A stretch of DNA of 64,000 bases from Nemertoderma westbladi (GCA_032718475.1 JAUCBJ010007698.1:23432-87431), one strand, 5' to 3'. Positions 1 through 13,868 are shown, counted from the stretch's first letter. Notes: a model not told the origin generated them from the sequence alone. Translations and numbers: made by a program.

Positions 1-473
1 CCGTATTTAATCTCGGTATCGTAGAAGGAATATTCCTTGAGTTCGGTTGCTCCAGCGGAAGGGCAGTTCTCGTAGTTACCGAGGGCATTAGCGAGACTAG
101 CGAACACTGGTTCAGTGGCGAACGCGAGTGTAGACACAGACTCTTCTACCGGACATTCTATTATCAGCAACTTCGGGTGTCGCAGTCTAGTTAATTGCTG
201 GACTCCTTTCTTTAGAATCTCGATTGAAACATCACGATCTCGCTTGCGACTAGAATGAAAATCCAACTGTTTTTTTTCGAGGACGAATATAGAAACCTCC
301 TGCTTGGTGGATCGTTTTGATCCGGTGTATACCTTCCAAAGAAGACCGGGTCCAGCCGAGGCCACGTGTCGGATAACTTCGTATTCGCGAGTTACCGGGT
401 TCATTAACTGGGTCCCCAGATTGGAAACACTCTGGGTAACACTGGACACCGTAGAACGCAGTTTATTCAGCAT
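1..473 (-). CDS. SCYL2: SCY1-like protein 2 (CVAK104) pseudokinase, 5' part; continues beyond the window
   Basis: Manual minus-strand translation from the ATG at 473: MLNKLRSTVSS...NPVTREYEVIRHVASAGPGLLWKVYTGSKRSTKQEVSIFVLEKK...LKKGVQQLTRLRHPKLL...LAFATEPVFASLANALGNYEN...YDTEIKY. This matches the known SCYL2 N-terminus. Not in the ORF track because it runs off the edge. Confidence 0.93.
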   Translation of the reverse strand, partial: MLNKLRSTVSSVTQSVSNLGTQLMNPVTREYEVIRHVASAGPGLLWKVYTGSKRSTKQEVSIFVLEKKQLDFHSSRKRDRDVSIEILKKGVQQLTRLRHPKLLIIECPVEESVSTLAFATEPVFASLANALGNYENCPSAGATELKEYSFYDTEIKY

Positions 474-2176
474 GATTTAAACTGCTTTTACAACTCCAAA
501 CTCAACTCCAGAACTCCCGGTACTGCTGTACTGCCAGACTGCTGTACTGGCAGACTGAGACTGGTACTTCTGAACTTGTAGACCAGTACTACCAGCACCA
601 GCCAGATATGCCAGTATGCAGTCAGGCAGTAGACCGATGCGGGTGCGGTAGATGGTAGCGGTAGCAGGGTAGCCTACTACCGGACTACTGTACTACAGTC
701 TGACAGTTCACAGTTTTAAGAAAAGCCTTCCGCCTTCTGCCTTCCGCACGGCGGCATGCTGGCATGGGCGGGTACCGGTATATCTATTGCGTAGAGGTAT
801 AGAGGTATTATGTGCCCATCTTTATATCTGTGTGTATATGCCCCAAGAGTTTTTTTTTGTTTTTGTTTTGTATTTGTTTTTACAGAATCTATATCTTAAA
901 GTACTTCGGTTTCTACCTACAAAATTGTTTTTATACTTAATGCAATATATTAGAAATACTGGCAATATTACAATACTTAATTAGGCCTAAAATGTAGTTA
1001 ATAATAAATAAATTAATCGCTGTGTTACTGGTGCCTGAAATAATGGGACTACCCGTCCAGGTACCAGCTACACGTAGAGTACATTATGTGCATGCATATA
1101 TTATATACAATAGTTATCAATTTATTTAGTACAAATTTGCTCTATATCTGTGTAGAAATTGTTAATAAATCTTATCTTATCTTATCTTTATCTTATAGCC
1201 TAGATAGAGACTAGGCCCTACATGTAGGTAGGTGTAGCGTGTAACCTACATGTAGATACACGTGTAGGGCTGTAGGGTGAATGTAGGTAGGTGTAGTCCC
1301 ATAGATATTAAAGTAATTTATGTGTCAATTTTCAGTAACGTGATGCACGGTCGTCAATCAGGGTGTAATGGCAATCTCTGATCTCCACGGTACTTCAACC
1401 TGCAGATCTGTCTGCTGTCAGACAACAGGCAACAGCTTTTACTGCATACTGTTACTGTATAAACAGCAAACATCGTTCTGATTATTTATATTTATGACGA
1501 GTAAGGGTCTTCTTGATGAGCCACGGCTAAAGTCCCTTACTTGTAATAAATATTATAATTTGAGTATGCTTGAGAAAGGCATCGATCCATTAGATGAACT
1601 TGTTCTAATTTATATGTTGCGGAGTATATATATCCAATCCGGCATAAGGCCCCGGCGGCTTTAATTGAGTAAAATGGTCTGCCATGTTAAATAAAATTAG
1701 TACTCCGCACCAATGACTGACATAAAATTAAAAAAGTAACCTAACAGCCATCATCGCGGGACTACTGTATCGTCGACACCATCAACGACTCCCATCTGCC
1801 CCTCTTTATCAACCGTCATCCATGGGACTTGAACAGTACTTGATTACAGCATTGAAATGTTTTCGATGTTTTGTTTTGAAAGTAAAAAATATAGAAATCT
1901 GGAAGTTTTGTTTGTTTCAATTTTTCAGGCAGTCACATCCCACCAACCCACAGTACCTTCCCACTACCCCATGAACATCTGTTTCATTATATAGTGCATT
2001 TCTTTAGTATATCATCAGTGGCGGATCTAGGACCTAAATCCCATATCGGACAGTCGGAATAATTCCAATCTCGATGATGGGAATTAATCATTAAACCGAT
2101 GAGATTCAAATCCCATTTCAAATTAACAGCAAAACAATAAACGAAATTCAATAGCTTACAGTTATATTTGATTGTG

Positions 2177-5100
2177 TTAAAAAAAAGTTTCGGCCGTCTC
2201 ATCATGCAACAATCGCTGCCTTATTGATTTGAGTCGCCTCAAAGCAAGCGGGTAGTTGTTAACGAGCTTGGGTTGTCCATTGCGCCACAACATGCCAACC
2301 TCGTAGTGGCCATTCGTGGTCTGGCGAATGGTATCTCTCATAATATTTAATGACCGATTTTCCTGTTCTGACATAGCGGTCTCGTAACTACCGGGTTCTG
2401 CTGAGTCCTGTTCTAACCATTTAATGGTCCGTTCAGTCAGCTGTCGGTCAAGCGCTGCTTGCACTGCGCCATGGTCCTCATCCACGTCTTCGTCCGCTGC
2501 GGTGGCTAGCGTCAATGTGTCTGGTAGGCTCGCAAGCCTTCCGGTGTCACTAGTCGGCGTCGAATCGTCATGTGGCGGTTTGACAACCTTCTGATCTGTC
2601 GGTAGGCTCGCAAGCCTTCCTAGATCAACGACCGGTGTCGAAGCCTGGTGGGTGGGGTCAATGACCTTCGGATTTTTCGGTAGGCTCGCAAGCCTTCCAA
2701 AACCCTCGTTCATCGAGTCATCCACAGCAACAACCCTTTGGTCTTCAGTAGTCAATACAACCTGGTTTACTGCAAGTAGTTGTAAGTCAGAGGTCCGTGT
2801 GGTCGTGTCCAGATCAGTTACGTCAGTATCGGTGGCATCTGCGTTTGCGACGCAAGTCTGTCGTAGTGCAGTCTGTACAATTGGACCACAGGAGTGTGAA
2901 GGAGAATTATCTATCGTAGTAGTCAATAAACTACATGTACTCAAAACGTCGTCCTCCTGGTCACTTACCTCTAGTGAATGCACTGGTGCTCTAGTATACC
3001 AACCTATGGGAGTTCTACATGCGTAGGGGTCGCCCGCTGTAATAATAGATGGGCGTGTCTCCCATACCTGATGTAAGTTAAACTGGTCTGTCCCAATCAA
3101 CATCGCGATTGAATGATAGTTAACAGGACATTCCGGTATTCCAAGGTGTCGGAAATACTTACAATCTTCCGGTGATTGCTCTGGCACAGGGCCGAGCAAG
3201 TTACTAAAGTCCTTCGTAGCTGCAAAGGTCAAATTTCTTACCTGAAGTAATGAGCGCTCCTCCTTGCTGTGTTCCGCTTTGGAAAGAAGAGTGTCTAAGG
3301 TTAGTTTTACTCTCGTCACAGGGATCGCTCTCTTACCATGCATGCTGCTTACAGTATACTGAGCAGTCTTACCTTTACTCATGTCAGTAACTACGTCGGC
3401 TACTTGTTCGTCGACGTAACTATGCGATGACGCAGAGTCTAGGATAGCGTATATACGCTTGCTCCCTCGGGTTCCGGTAATCTTTATAGGAATCACGCTA
3501 AACCCTTTCAATTGGTTCTGTGTGAGGAGTGTTATCGATGGTTGTTCCTCCCCCGCATGCACGTAAAAGGTGTCGTCTTCCTCCTCGTCCGATGATCCGG
3601 ATTGATCCATACAGTCTATGTAGAAAGTATGAATCTCGCGAGGCGCATGCTCTTTGTAAAGTGCGTCGCATCTAGCTGCTTTATCTGGATGCTCTCGTCG
3701 AAAGCGTTTGGTCAGAGTATGACTGTTTGTGTGAAGTAACGCGTCGTGGTTACGTCCACATAGAGGACATGTATCGTCGCTCGGGCAATCCTTCTGGACG
3801 TGTCCAGGCTTTGTACATCTCCAACAAGAATCTAAAGATCGAATCTGAAGTCTCCTTTCTTCGACTCCTAACTCCTTAAAGGTGTGACATCCACGTAGTT
3901 TATGTCCGCTATGGTTCCTGCTGTTCCGCTCGCAATATGAGCATCCCACAAAGTCCGCCGGCAACTGTTGTCGTGGCTGCTTGGTGCCGATAGGCGTCAG
4001 AACTTTAGAAGTCTCAGTCGGGGTGGCATAGGTAACAGCTTTCGCGTTCGTCGGAAATGGTTTGGTCCGAGTCGGCGCAGCAATAGCTATCCCTTCTGCC
4101 GCTATATGGTTATCGGAATAGTTGGATCGAGTCTCCACTACGGCCTCCCGCGAAATCAGTTGGTAGACGTCGGTGAGTTTTAATAGCCCACCGGCCTCTT
4201 CACGCTGATACTCGATGCGTCGCCATTCTCGTCGTAATCGATGATGAAGTCGACCGATTATCCTAATGAGAACTGTCGGTGCGTTAGCGTATTCGAGTTG
4301 ACAATGGACCGTAAAGTCCCTATAGCATTCTTAATTTCGTCCGCTAGTCGTAAAAGATCGATAGGTTTCGAAATACTTCCTCCTCTACAGAGGTCTTCGA
4401 TAATGGATTTAGCCATGGCTACGTTGCCGCCGTAAATCGAATATAGACGGTCGTACAGCAACTCAAAGGCATCTGGAACACCGATGAAGGTTTCCGCTAA
4501 TCGATTCGGCTCACCAGACAGAACCTGGAGCAAGTAATTAAACTTCTCCGTCGAGGTGAAAGCACACTTAGCGATCTGGGACTCTACATAGTCTACCAGT
4601 GTGCGCCAGTGTTTCGCGTTGCCAGAGAACTTCGGCGGTTGCTGTGCCGGTAATCCGTGTCTAGCCGTGAATTTCGCAATCTCGTTAACCAAATCCAACT
4701 GTCCGCGTCCCTGTTCGGTGGCGTCGTCCAGTCGCTCCCTTCCGCGCGTTGTCCGTAGGTAGGAAATATTAACGTGATCCTCTTCTCGATGGTTCGGAGT
4801 CTGTCTAGTCTCCTGTTCTCTCCTTGGTGGTCGATGTTGTCTAGGTTGTTCTAATTCCACGCTGGTTCGTGATTGATCCGACGGTTGCGCTTCGAGTCAC
4901 TCTTCTAGTTGAGCTAGTCGGTCCACCATCTCGGCGAACTGTTTGGCGCTAATCGCTTCTGCTGGTTGCAACGTGGGTTTCTGCAGGGGTGTTTCTCGTG
5001 GAGGATTTTTGATGAATTGGTTCGTCGATCGTTCCTCTCGTTTGTAATCAGCCGCCGCTCCAGTACAGAATATTTCCCGTTCCGTCGACTCCGAGTCACT

Positions 5101-7136
5101 GGATGAGTCACTGTCGTCCAGATAAGGTGGTTGGCGGGTTCGCATATGGCGTATTACTCTTTGTCGCGTTCGTTGAGGTCTAGAATCTACGGTTCTCCGT
5201 CGTTCAGTAGGCTCGCAAGCCTTCCACGAAGTCGTAGGTCTCGTTAAACTCTGTTCGATCCTGTGGGTACTACCCACATCCATCCTCCTCCATTGTTCGG
5301 TAGGCTCGCAAGCCTTCCACGAAGTCGTAGGTCTAGTCGAACATTGTGTCAAAGGTCGAATAAAATAGTCAGGTTTCGTAGTCGGTCTATAAATGACTGG
5401 GTTCGCACAGCACATCACAGATTTAACTGCTAATAGCTTACTTACCTGTTTAACTGTCATAAACGCAGGTTCCTCTCTTCCTACAAGTAGACTACGACTT
5501 ACTGTAGGTGGACTATTTACTTGACCTGCTAAAATTGGCGATGAAGTTGCCCTAGGTTGCGGTATTTCCGTCACAACAAACCTGTTACCTTGCGTCGAGC
5601 GCACAGGTGATATTTCTTTAGGTATCGTAACAAAGACCGGTTTTATCGGAGTTGTAGTTTTGAGCATAGGAATCACTTGCGGAAAACGTTTACAGTAATC
5701 CTCGACGAACTCCTCTCCTCGGTCTATCGCTCCCACACTTCCTTCCTCGATTCGCTTCTGAATCCCGCGATATCGAGCTTCCATGCGATCCAGGGCAGAC
5801 AAGTCATGTCCAGCTCGAGATCTTATAGATCTATCTCTCGCGTCGAGTTCGAGGTCCGCTTGCGCGTTCGCTGCTTCGCACAATCTACGATTTAGTTCGA
5901 ACTGTAGTTGCATCTCCCTTTCGCGTCGATCTGCTACCTGTTGTTGTGCCGCTAATTCCGCTTCTTGTATAGCTAAATGAGCGTTTATCTGTCTCGCTTC
6001 CAACCTGGCACGAGCGTCAGATGCCGCCTTATTCCGTGCTAACTCGGCTGCGTTTACCGCCGCAACTCGTGCTAACTCGTCGGCTGTCGCCTGTTGTGCT
6101 AATTCGTCGGCTGCTGCCGCCGCAGCTGCTTCTCGCGCTAAGTCTTCTTCTAATCTCCGCATCTCAGATGCTTCGAACTCGGCTTGCGCTTGAAGTTTCG
6201 CAAGTTTCGCTACATCGTCTCTGCTTTCTCCTTCGATGTCGATCTGTGCCATCTGCCGTTGCGCTTCTTCCTCGATGACTCGTTGTCGGCGTGCGACCTC
6301 CTGTTGTTGTCGAGTAATTACAGACACTGTCCTACTAACGTCGCCAATGTCGCTCCGTACACTAACGAACGATCTATCCAGTGGTGGATTTTGGTAGGCT
6401 CGCGAGCCTTCCATAGTTGGAACTTCCGTCGTCCCTTGCAGTTCGACTTCCAGTTCTTCGATCGGTACGCCGTTTCTACGAAGAAAATTGGTGAGCGTTT
6501 CCAACCTCCCGTCCAGGCAATATAGTTCTTCTTCCTCGTTGGGTTCCAATAACGCGTCCGAAACTAACTCACCTAGTAGTTGGTCAAACTGCTCCTGTTG
6601 AGCCAATCTTAGTCTGACTTAAACTGGATGAGGCTTTCCCTCACACTTACCAACTTATCTATTATCTTTACCTGAGTAAAGTTGTTGCCACGCAACTCTG
6701 CAAGTTCGTGTAAACCTTTAAGTTTATCTACAGAAGCATGTACCCTACTTTCTATCCTTACCTGTAATGTGTAGAACTCGTATCTCGACATCGGGGCGGT
6801 TAACTCCCGTAAAACGCGAAAACCTTCTCCGAAGTTTCGAGTTATCTGGGCCATGTGTCCTCCTATACTCCTAATGACATTTTCTTGGCTTTCCGCCAAG
6901 CTTACCATGTCTGGTTCCCGTGACCTGGTCTGCGGGACTGTAAGGAAATCTTCGATTCTGCCATCGCCACGTGTTGCGGCTTCCGGTATTTCCATTCGGG
7001 GTACCGGCGACGCACGCGGTGTGACATCGGTGGAATCTCGGGTTCTCCTTCTCGGTTTGTCTACTGTCGATCTGTCCGGGTCGCACGAGTCATAGTCGGT
7101 AGGTGGGTGTCGAGTCGAATGTGGTGTGTCACTCAT
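2177..7136 (-). mobile_element. Degenerate BEL/Pao LTR retrotransposon gag-protease region, truncated before RT
   Basis: Consecutive minus ORFs 6609-7136, 4897-6606, 4258-4860 and 2177-4138, joined by a frameshift (~6607), an in-frame TGA (4897) and a frameshift (~4290). DUF1759-type gag (PPKFSGNAKHW..EKFNYLLQVLSGEP), three Cys/His knuckles, aspartic protease YAILDSASSHSYV, PYACRTPIGW, and the pre-RT motif GHYEVGMLWR..NNYPLALRRL, after which it breaks off. Confidence 0.9.
2523..6412 (-). repeat. Six dispersed copies of a 20-nt hairpin motif GGAAGGCTTGCGAGCCTACC (element sense)
   Basis: Plus-strand ggtaggctcgcaagccttcc at 2523, 2601, 2679 and 5299; variants at 5206 (agtagg...) and 6393 (cgcg loop). 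Confidence 0.9.
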
Positions 7137-7179
7137 GTCTTATTATATACGTCAAGTACGGGTAATAAAATGTCAAAGT

Positions 7180-7365
7180 ATCAGAATGTCGAAATGTCAA
7201 ACGTACCTTGATATATATATATACCATATATATACCCTAACCGGTACAAATAAAATTAACAAAGTCAGAATGTCAAAATGTTTAAATGTCCAAATGTCAA
7301 ACTTACCTTGATATATATATATATACCATATATATACCCTAACCGGTACAAATAAAATTAACAAA
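7180..7365. repeat. ~100-bp tandem duplication in the 5' leader of the Pao element
   Basis: taccttgatatatat..accatatatataccctaaccggtacaaataaaattaacaaagt occurs twice (~7205 and ~7305). Confidence 0.8.
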
Positions 7366-9859
7366 GTATATAATAAAATATGTAATAATCTAGCCTACCG
7401 GCGAAATTTGTACGAATAAGTGAGATAACAGTATACGTTACCAAAATGTAGATCAACAAGTACAAATAATAGGCAAAACAGCAACGTCTAACGGGAAAAT
7501 AAGTACCAACAACACTACTAATTAGACAGTGAAACCTACAAATTTTGAGTACTACTGTGCTCTTAAGTTTGAACGACACGAGTCGTAAAACTTACGCTCC
7601 TTTGATCTTCCAGTCGTGCAAATTCCTAAATACAAACCGGACGTGGGTCGTTCCGTTTTCGGCGTCGCGGACGAATTTTGTGTCTCCCAAACTTTGCGAA
7701 AAGCGGTCTAATCCCTCGAAGCGGTCCAGAAATGAGTCCTTGAGTCCTGAAAAGTCGAAGGTGAGAGTTTTACTTCTACTCTACGAAATGTCTTCCTAAG
7801 TACCGATACAACTTGGTCTTTAAACCCTATGTACCTTTTCAAGTACCGAAAAGTAACACCGCACACACACACGGCGTAAAACAAATTGCTATAAACTAAC
7901 TATTAGCTAGTCAAATATTAAATACGATATTAATAGCTACCCTAAAGGCCTACTGAAGCAATGTACAAAATGTTGCCTTACAGAAAGGACAAATACTATT
8001 CCTACTAAATAATTAATAAGAATATCTCTCACTGTTAGATCCTCTATGGTAAGAACTATCCCACGGCCTACAAATCTACTAATACGAAGCTATAGAATAT
8101 CCGTTACTGTAAAGTCCAGTAGTATACCGCTTACCAGATCCTAGTAACGATGTATCTTACCGTAAGATCTAGTAATGTAAACGGACTCGTACAGTATCTG
8201 ACAACAAATCCCAGTCCAGCGTGTCTAAACAAACAGATACAAATACACAAACGACTACTGGCGAGGAGCAGAGCCTAGTGTCTATTCTACGTACGTGAGA
8301 GGGTCTAATGCCTACGAACTAGACAAAAGGAAACCTGTCCTCTAACCGGTGAGGCAGATGTACAGTTACGGTGACAGACCAAACTCACGGGAAAACAATC
8401 CCCACACAGCGAATCCTAACTATCGCTGACAGACCTAAATACCGTAACTTGCCGCGGTGTGATTTATATGGTTTATATACGAGCTAGTGGGTTAACAGAC
8501 CTAGCGTAACAATACTGACACTTGTACAAAATCAGTCTAAAGGGGGTCGTGCCTAATGTACAATACCGCTGCTCAGACAAACAACAGTCTAATAAATAAA
8601 TACTCCTTCTTGCCGTAACTAAATATCAGATCCTAAATTTACAAATACGAATAGTAAATTACAGATAAATTCTGCCTAGAAGTAATCTAAAGTGCGTTAT
8701 AACTAGTAGAGCTCTAAGGGTACATATGTTTTAGGGCATGTGTGTGTGGGTGTGTTACAATAAAACAATTTTGGTGTATCTCGTTGTACTAGGTTTTAGT
8801 GATTTTCTGACCAAAACAATACTGTACGCTAGCTACGAAAATAAGCTAGTCGCGTTCTGTAGAATTTTATACTTACAAATGACGTCAAAGCTCTCTCCTT
8901 CCTATCCACAACTCAACCGGGCAATTGCGGTGTTAGTAACTACACCCGTGATCGGCACAAATACCAGATTCTGGTTGTAAGATAAGAAATAGGGGTTAAT
9001 TGCTACCGTATGTTAGCTGATCTGGTATACAAATTTGATTCTAGAACTTTGTTGCCGCAGTGGTTAGCAGCAATACCTATCAGTACGTGGCAAGGCGCGG
9101 TAGGATATTAATAAACCTCCCTAGGACAAGCGAAGTGCCGGTAGCAGAAATACTCCTTTCCTGATCAAATAACTCAGGTTCAGACAGGGGGGGGGTACTA
9201 ATGTATTCTACAAAGCAAACCGGTACCGAACTGCCAGTATTGCGATTCACTAAATTATTGAACATATGCTGTCTGTACCTAATATGTACTCGTGTACTGA
9301 CGAACGGCAATAGTTCACACCTGTGAGTGATACAGGTTAACCCAGGGATTTGCAGTACAGGGTTCGGTCTGAATCTAGTTATCTGATCCTAAATTTTACG
9401 GCGTCCCAGGACGGCGTCACGCTTACCCTGATCTATAGGTCTTACGTTGGGGCAAGGGCGTCAAACAAAGTCTTACCTTCCTCGGAAATCGGGCGCTGCA
9501 TGGCAAGGTGGAGTATTTCGAAGGGGCGAAGGGCGTGCGCGGTCTAATATAATGTGGGCACTAGCATTGTGGACATCTTCCCTGCATTGCTGACGGCCTA
9601 ACGGTCTAGGCGGCCATCCTCCCAATGCTTGGCTGTCCCAATGGTGGGCAATTGGAAATATACATGTCCAAATGTTTACAGTATATTTACAGTTTACAAA
9701 GATTTATCAAACAGATTTACATAAGTTCCAACACGAAACTTAACAAATGTAACTAAAGAAGTGTTTGATACAAAGAGATAATGTCAAAAAATTAACATTA
9801 GAAGTGAAGGCATAAGGGGTATGATTAGATACAAGGTGATAACCGAAGGCAAACCGGCC

Positions 9860-10000
9860 CTTATATAGTAAATCTGGGACATAGAATCCGCTAGAACCTT
9901 CCAGAGCATTCCATGGCCTCACATTGGAGCAATAAGATGTTCCATGCCCTATGATTGGCCCAACTCATCGTTCCATATGCTGTACGCACCTCATTGGTTT
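9860..10000 (-). promoter_or_regulatory. Pol II promoter-like cluster (three CCAAT boxes plus TATA), possibly U3 of the 5' LTR of the Pao element at 2177-7136
   Basis: Plus-strand ATTGG three times between ~9920 and 10000, and ttatatag at ~9861, i.e. CCAAT x3 then TATATAA on the minus strand, facing the gag ORF. No matching second LTR was found. Confidence 0.35.
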
Positions 10001-10045
10001 ATCAAATTAGATCAAATGAAAATAAATTGCCCAAAAATGCAAATT

Positions 10046-10118
10046 TCCCGACTGGGATTCGAACTCGTAACCTATCTGTAATGTAACCAATGCCTTAACC
10101 ATCCGACCACTGCGCCAT
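10046..10118 (-). mobile_element. tRNA-derived SINE head or tRNA pseudogene
   Basis: Minus strand GGCGCAGTGGTCGGATGGTTAAGGC..GAGTTCGAATCCCAGTCGGG has A- and B-boxes, but the acceptor and anticodon stems pair poorly. Confidence 0.6.
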
Positions 10119-10375
10119 TAGATTACCTACGGGTTTTATGTGTACCAATATGAATAGGCATATTACATTACTGTAATTTAATCAAAATGCGTTGGATTTT
10201 AGAAAGTTTTTACGTTAAACTACAAATGCTACTTTATAGTGAAATAATGATTTCGGGTTGTCATCTATATAAATATCCCGTTTGATATTATTTATGACCG
10301 GAGGTGGAAATTCATCCCTATGGTCATCAGCCGTGCGATGCAGTCGCAAGTCGGGTGGTGTATCTAATAGATTAG

Positions 10376-11830
10376 TCATCGGAGACACAATGTCGGGTTC
10401 ACTGTTCCTATTTGGTCTTGGTCTGAGGACAGGGATGCGTCACTATCACTGTCGGTTTGGTCAGGGGTAGTCAAGACGTCCTCTTCTGTCTCTATGATCT
10501 CATTGCAAAGTGGGTCGCTAAATTGCAAGTGTTGGTGTCTGTACTTGTCAGTCCTTTTCATTCTAATAGAGTTTTCCGGGAAGGCCCTGTGCAGAAACAT
10601 CCCACTCTCGTCTGACATTGGTTCCGGATGTCTGGGTCGTTTCTCCAGAATTTCTAAGGCCTTGGGTACATTTTGGCCTATCACCATCTGTACGCCTGGG
10701 TAGTCTGGGGTAAAATGGGGAATATTATGATTACGTATCGATGATTACGTATACGATTACTGGTATCTTGTGGGGTGGACAGGGATGCCTTATAATACTT
10801 TGTCTCAATGGTAGATTGCAAACGTTTCATTATCACAGATAATGTTAGTTTCATGTCATGGCCCTGTTCCCTGGCGAACAAGGATTCGGCTAACTCTGTG
10901 TCTATGAAGGTGCCCGTACTTCCTGTGTCCATTAAGGCATTTACCACAACTACTTCCCGCATGGAGCCAGACTTGAAGCACCGGACACTCTCTGACTCCG
11001 GCATACTGAAATGACCAGGTGTTGGGATTGTTCTCAATTTTGAGACAATCTTCTGCTACGGGTTCCTCCTAGGTAAAGGCTTCATACACACTGACATGGT
11101 TACAACATTCATCGTCATCGGTAAACTCTCCAGGGTAGAATGCATCCGGTCCTTCATCAGATGAGTCTGTCTCACAATCGGTGAAGTGTACACGTTGGGC
11201 TATCTCTCCCTTCGGGGCCTGGTCTAGGTGTAGCAAAGGGTGACGGGAGCCCTGACACACCGGACACGTTTTTACATTTATTAGTCTACACTTACGTCGC
11301 AAATGTCCCGGTCTAAGACACAAGAAGCATGTCAACAAGTCCAAAGCCGTCTGTCGTCTCTCCTTTAGTGTCTTTTTTAAGAAGGGCATTACATTTCGCA
11401 AGTGGATATGTGTCTATTTTACAAAGAGGGCACTTAAGGTTGGTGGTGCCAGCTGTGATTGTATTATAGATCTTTGTGGTCGTCTTATGGTAATCCACAT
11501 ATGCTTTCTTGGGGGGGCTATTAGCCTTGGGAGGAGATCCTATTTGGTTTGCCTTGGCCGCTGTATTTATTTTCACCTCTGGAGTTTACGTCACAGTAAT
11601 ATATGCTTTCACATCTCTCTGTGTCTGAACCAGAGTGATCAGAGAGACACTCTTCATAGTTGGTGACATAAGTGTATCACTTCCTGGTTGATTTCTTATC
11701 AGTGTTTTTCGTGTCTGAACGGGTGCTTCTTTCCCGGTTCACTGTGATAAGATACGTGGAGGTCTCGGCCTTCAAGAAACCTCTAAACGAGTCCATACCG
11801 GGGAAACATCCATGTTTAAGTTTAAGGGAT
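10376..11830 (-). mobile_element. Degenerate BEL/Pao gag (Cys knuckles) plus protease fragment, related to the element at 43467-47876
   Basis: CPLCK..; CFLCLRPGHLRRKC..CPVCQGSRHPLLH; VVNALMDTGSTGTFIDTELAE; VIGQNVPKALEILEKRP. Several frameshifts. Confidence 0.85.
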
Positions 11831-11940
11831 TAATAAAGGCAAGGAAGGGTCTTTCACCACGTGGATATTTAAAAATTGAAGTTAGTTATTTACCATATGG
11901 CCATTTCACCCTCGCGGGCGTCTTCAGCAGTATATTCAAT

Positions 11941-12939
11941 CCACGAAGCTAAGGAAAATCAACTACTTTCGCTAAGAAAGATTTTCCTTAGCTGAGATGG
12001 TCTATTCATAGTGGGCTATTTTACTTGTATGGAGCAGATTAGTTTTTTTTGACTCCAGAAAAAACTAGCCTTTAAAAGTACCCTGAAATTTTGCATGTAT
12101 ATACTACTCGTCGAGGCGCATCTTTTGGGCTGGGTCTCATATCCAGGAAAAATCTGGTTTCCATGGCAACGGACTTAGAAAAAAGTCTATGTATTTCAAG
12201 TCAATATTTATAACTCTATTTGTAGGAAAACTATAATACATATATACTTGGGGTTTCTCAACTCAACTATAAGGTCCATAGCAGAGCCGACTGAGGTTCA
12301 ATAGAAAATCCAGTTGCCTTGGCAACTGGGCTAGACAGATGTTAAAATTTACAAAATGTTAATTTGAAGCTGGTAACTGTAGTTTATTAAAGTCTATATT
12401 ATTCAAGTCTATATTCATAACTCTATTCGGAGCAAAACTGTAATATATATAAACTTGGGGTTTTGCAACTCATCTATAAGGTCCATATACAAACCGTTCG
12501 AGGTTAATTTGAAAATCCAGCTACCATAGCAACAAGACTATACAGATGTTAAAATTTATAAAATGATAATTTGAAGCACAAGTTAATAGTATTATGACTT
12601 GGGACCAACACCTACCCCCACTATATGACTTATTCTGCATCCGAATTACATTGTTCTATTTTTCAGTTTCCCTGACAACCACTGCAAACAAACCGATGCA
12701 TTTTCATAGAAAATCGGTAATTTGGACATAAACTACAATATTTTCTGAAACTCGGTATATATGTTATCTGAACCACAATCTGGACTAAATCTTTTTTCAA
12801 AGGTTAAACCAACAGTTCCAGAAAACTGTAGTTTCCATGGGAATATAAGTTAATTATATTGGAAAATGCTACTAAACTACGCTAAGTTAAGCAACGAACC
12901 AAAGTGTGGCCGTTTGTTTAATTTTCCTTAGCTTCGTGG
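11941..12939. mobile_element. Non-autonomous inverted-repeat element (MITE-like)
   Basis: 19-bp inverted termini ccacgaagctaaggaaaat / attttccttagcttcgtgg; internal ~200-bp direct duplication with ccatggcaac-type motifs; no ORF. Confidence 0.6.
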
Positions 12940-13067
12940 TTGCATTTCCTTTAGGAAATGCCTTTCTAGTTAAAATAGCGTTAAAATATAATTAAGAAGT
13001 ACAGAAGTTGAACAGTTCTCTGATAAAAATATAAGATTTCGATATGCAGTTAGTGTGTGCAGCAAAA

Positions 13068-13868
13068 GTTACTATGGCAATAACATTAGTTATAGAACAC
13101 CATATAAATGTTATTTAACTATTTTAGAACATAAATAAAATAAAAAATATAATGTTCTAGAACAGGTAGCTAGCTAGTTATTTCTTAATTTTAAATTAAC
13201 TAGTAATTTAAAAAAATTCCGATTTCAACTTTTAACAATTTGTTGCCAAATGTTTTAACATTTTATAAGTGCAGGCCATTTATTCTATTTAATATAGTAT
13301 AATGAAACTAAATCAATTAGCACTATAATTAATTAGTAAGGACGCCAGACAATAACATTTCACAAAAGTTCCACTCAACAGTTTCTCCACCGCCGTTCCC
13401 CGTTCGTTCCACCAATCGCCACGCCTCGTTGGCCCTACCCCAATCACTTGAGCCTCCAGCCGAGGGTGCTATTAACATTTTTATAGTTTCAAAAAAATCT
13501 TAAGCTCGTTAAAAAACACTAGCTACCATAAAAACAACATATCTACTAATGTTCTATAACACTTACCAATAATAAAAATATAAAAAATACCGTATTTTTT
13601 AAATTTAAAAAATGGTCACACAAGCTATACCTACTGTATGTTATAAAAATACTAGTTCTCTTAAAAATTACTAGCTACCTGAAATTATAACATTTATAAC
13701 ACTAAATTTAATAAAAAATTTTTAATTTTTTTTTTTTTTAATTTTTTTGAATTTTAAAATTTACTACCTATATGTTTTAGAACATGATATTTTATTTTAT
13801 TTATGTTCTAGAATAGTAAAATAACATTTATATGGTGTTCTAGAACACTACTTGCTTGCCATAGTAAC
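13068..13868. mobile_element. AT-rich MITE with ~100-bp imperfect TIRs
   Basis: gttactatggcaa..tagaacaccatataaatgttattt.. at 13068 is inverted as ..aaataacatttatatggtgttctagaac..ttgccatagtaac ending at 13868. Confidence 0.7.

Noticed and set aside
4258-6611. Programmed frameshifting or readthrough in the first Pao element
   Set aside because: Three separate disruptions with no clear slippery site; Pao normally has one ORF, so decay is the simpler explanation.
10046-10118. Functional tRNA gene (also 53645-53715)
   Set aside because: A/B boxes are present but the cloverleaf stems are broken; SINE-like.
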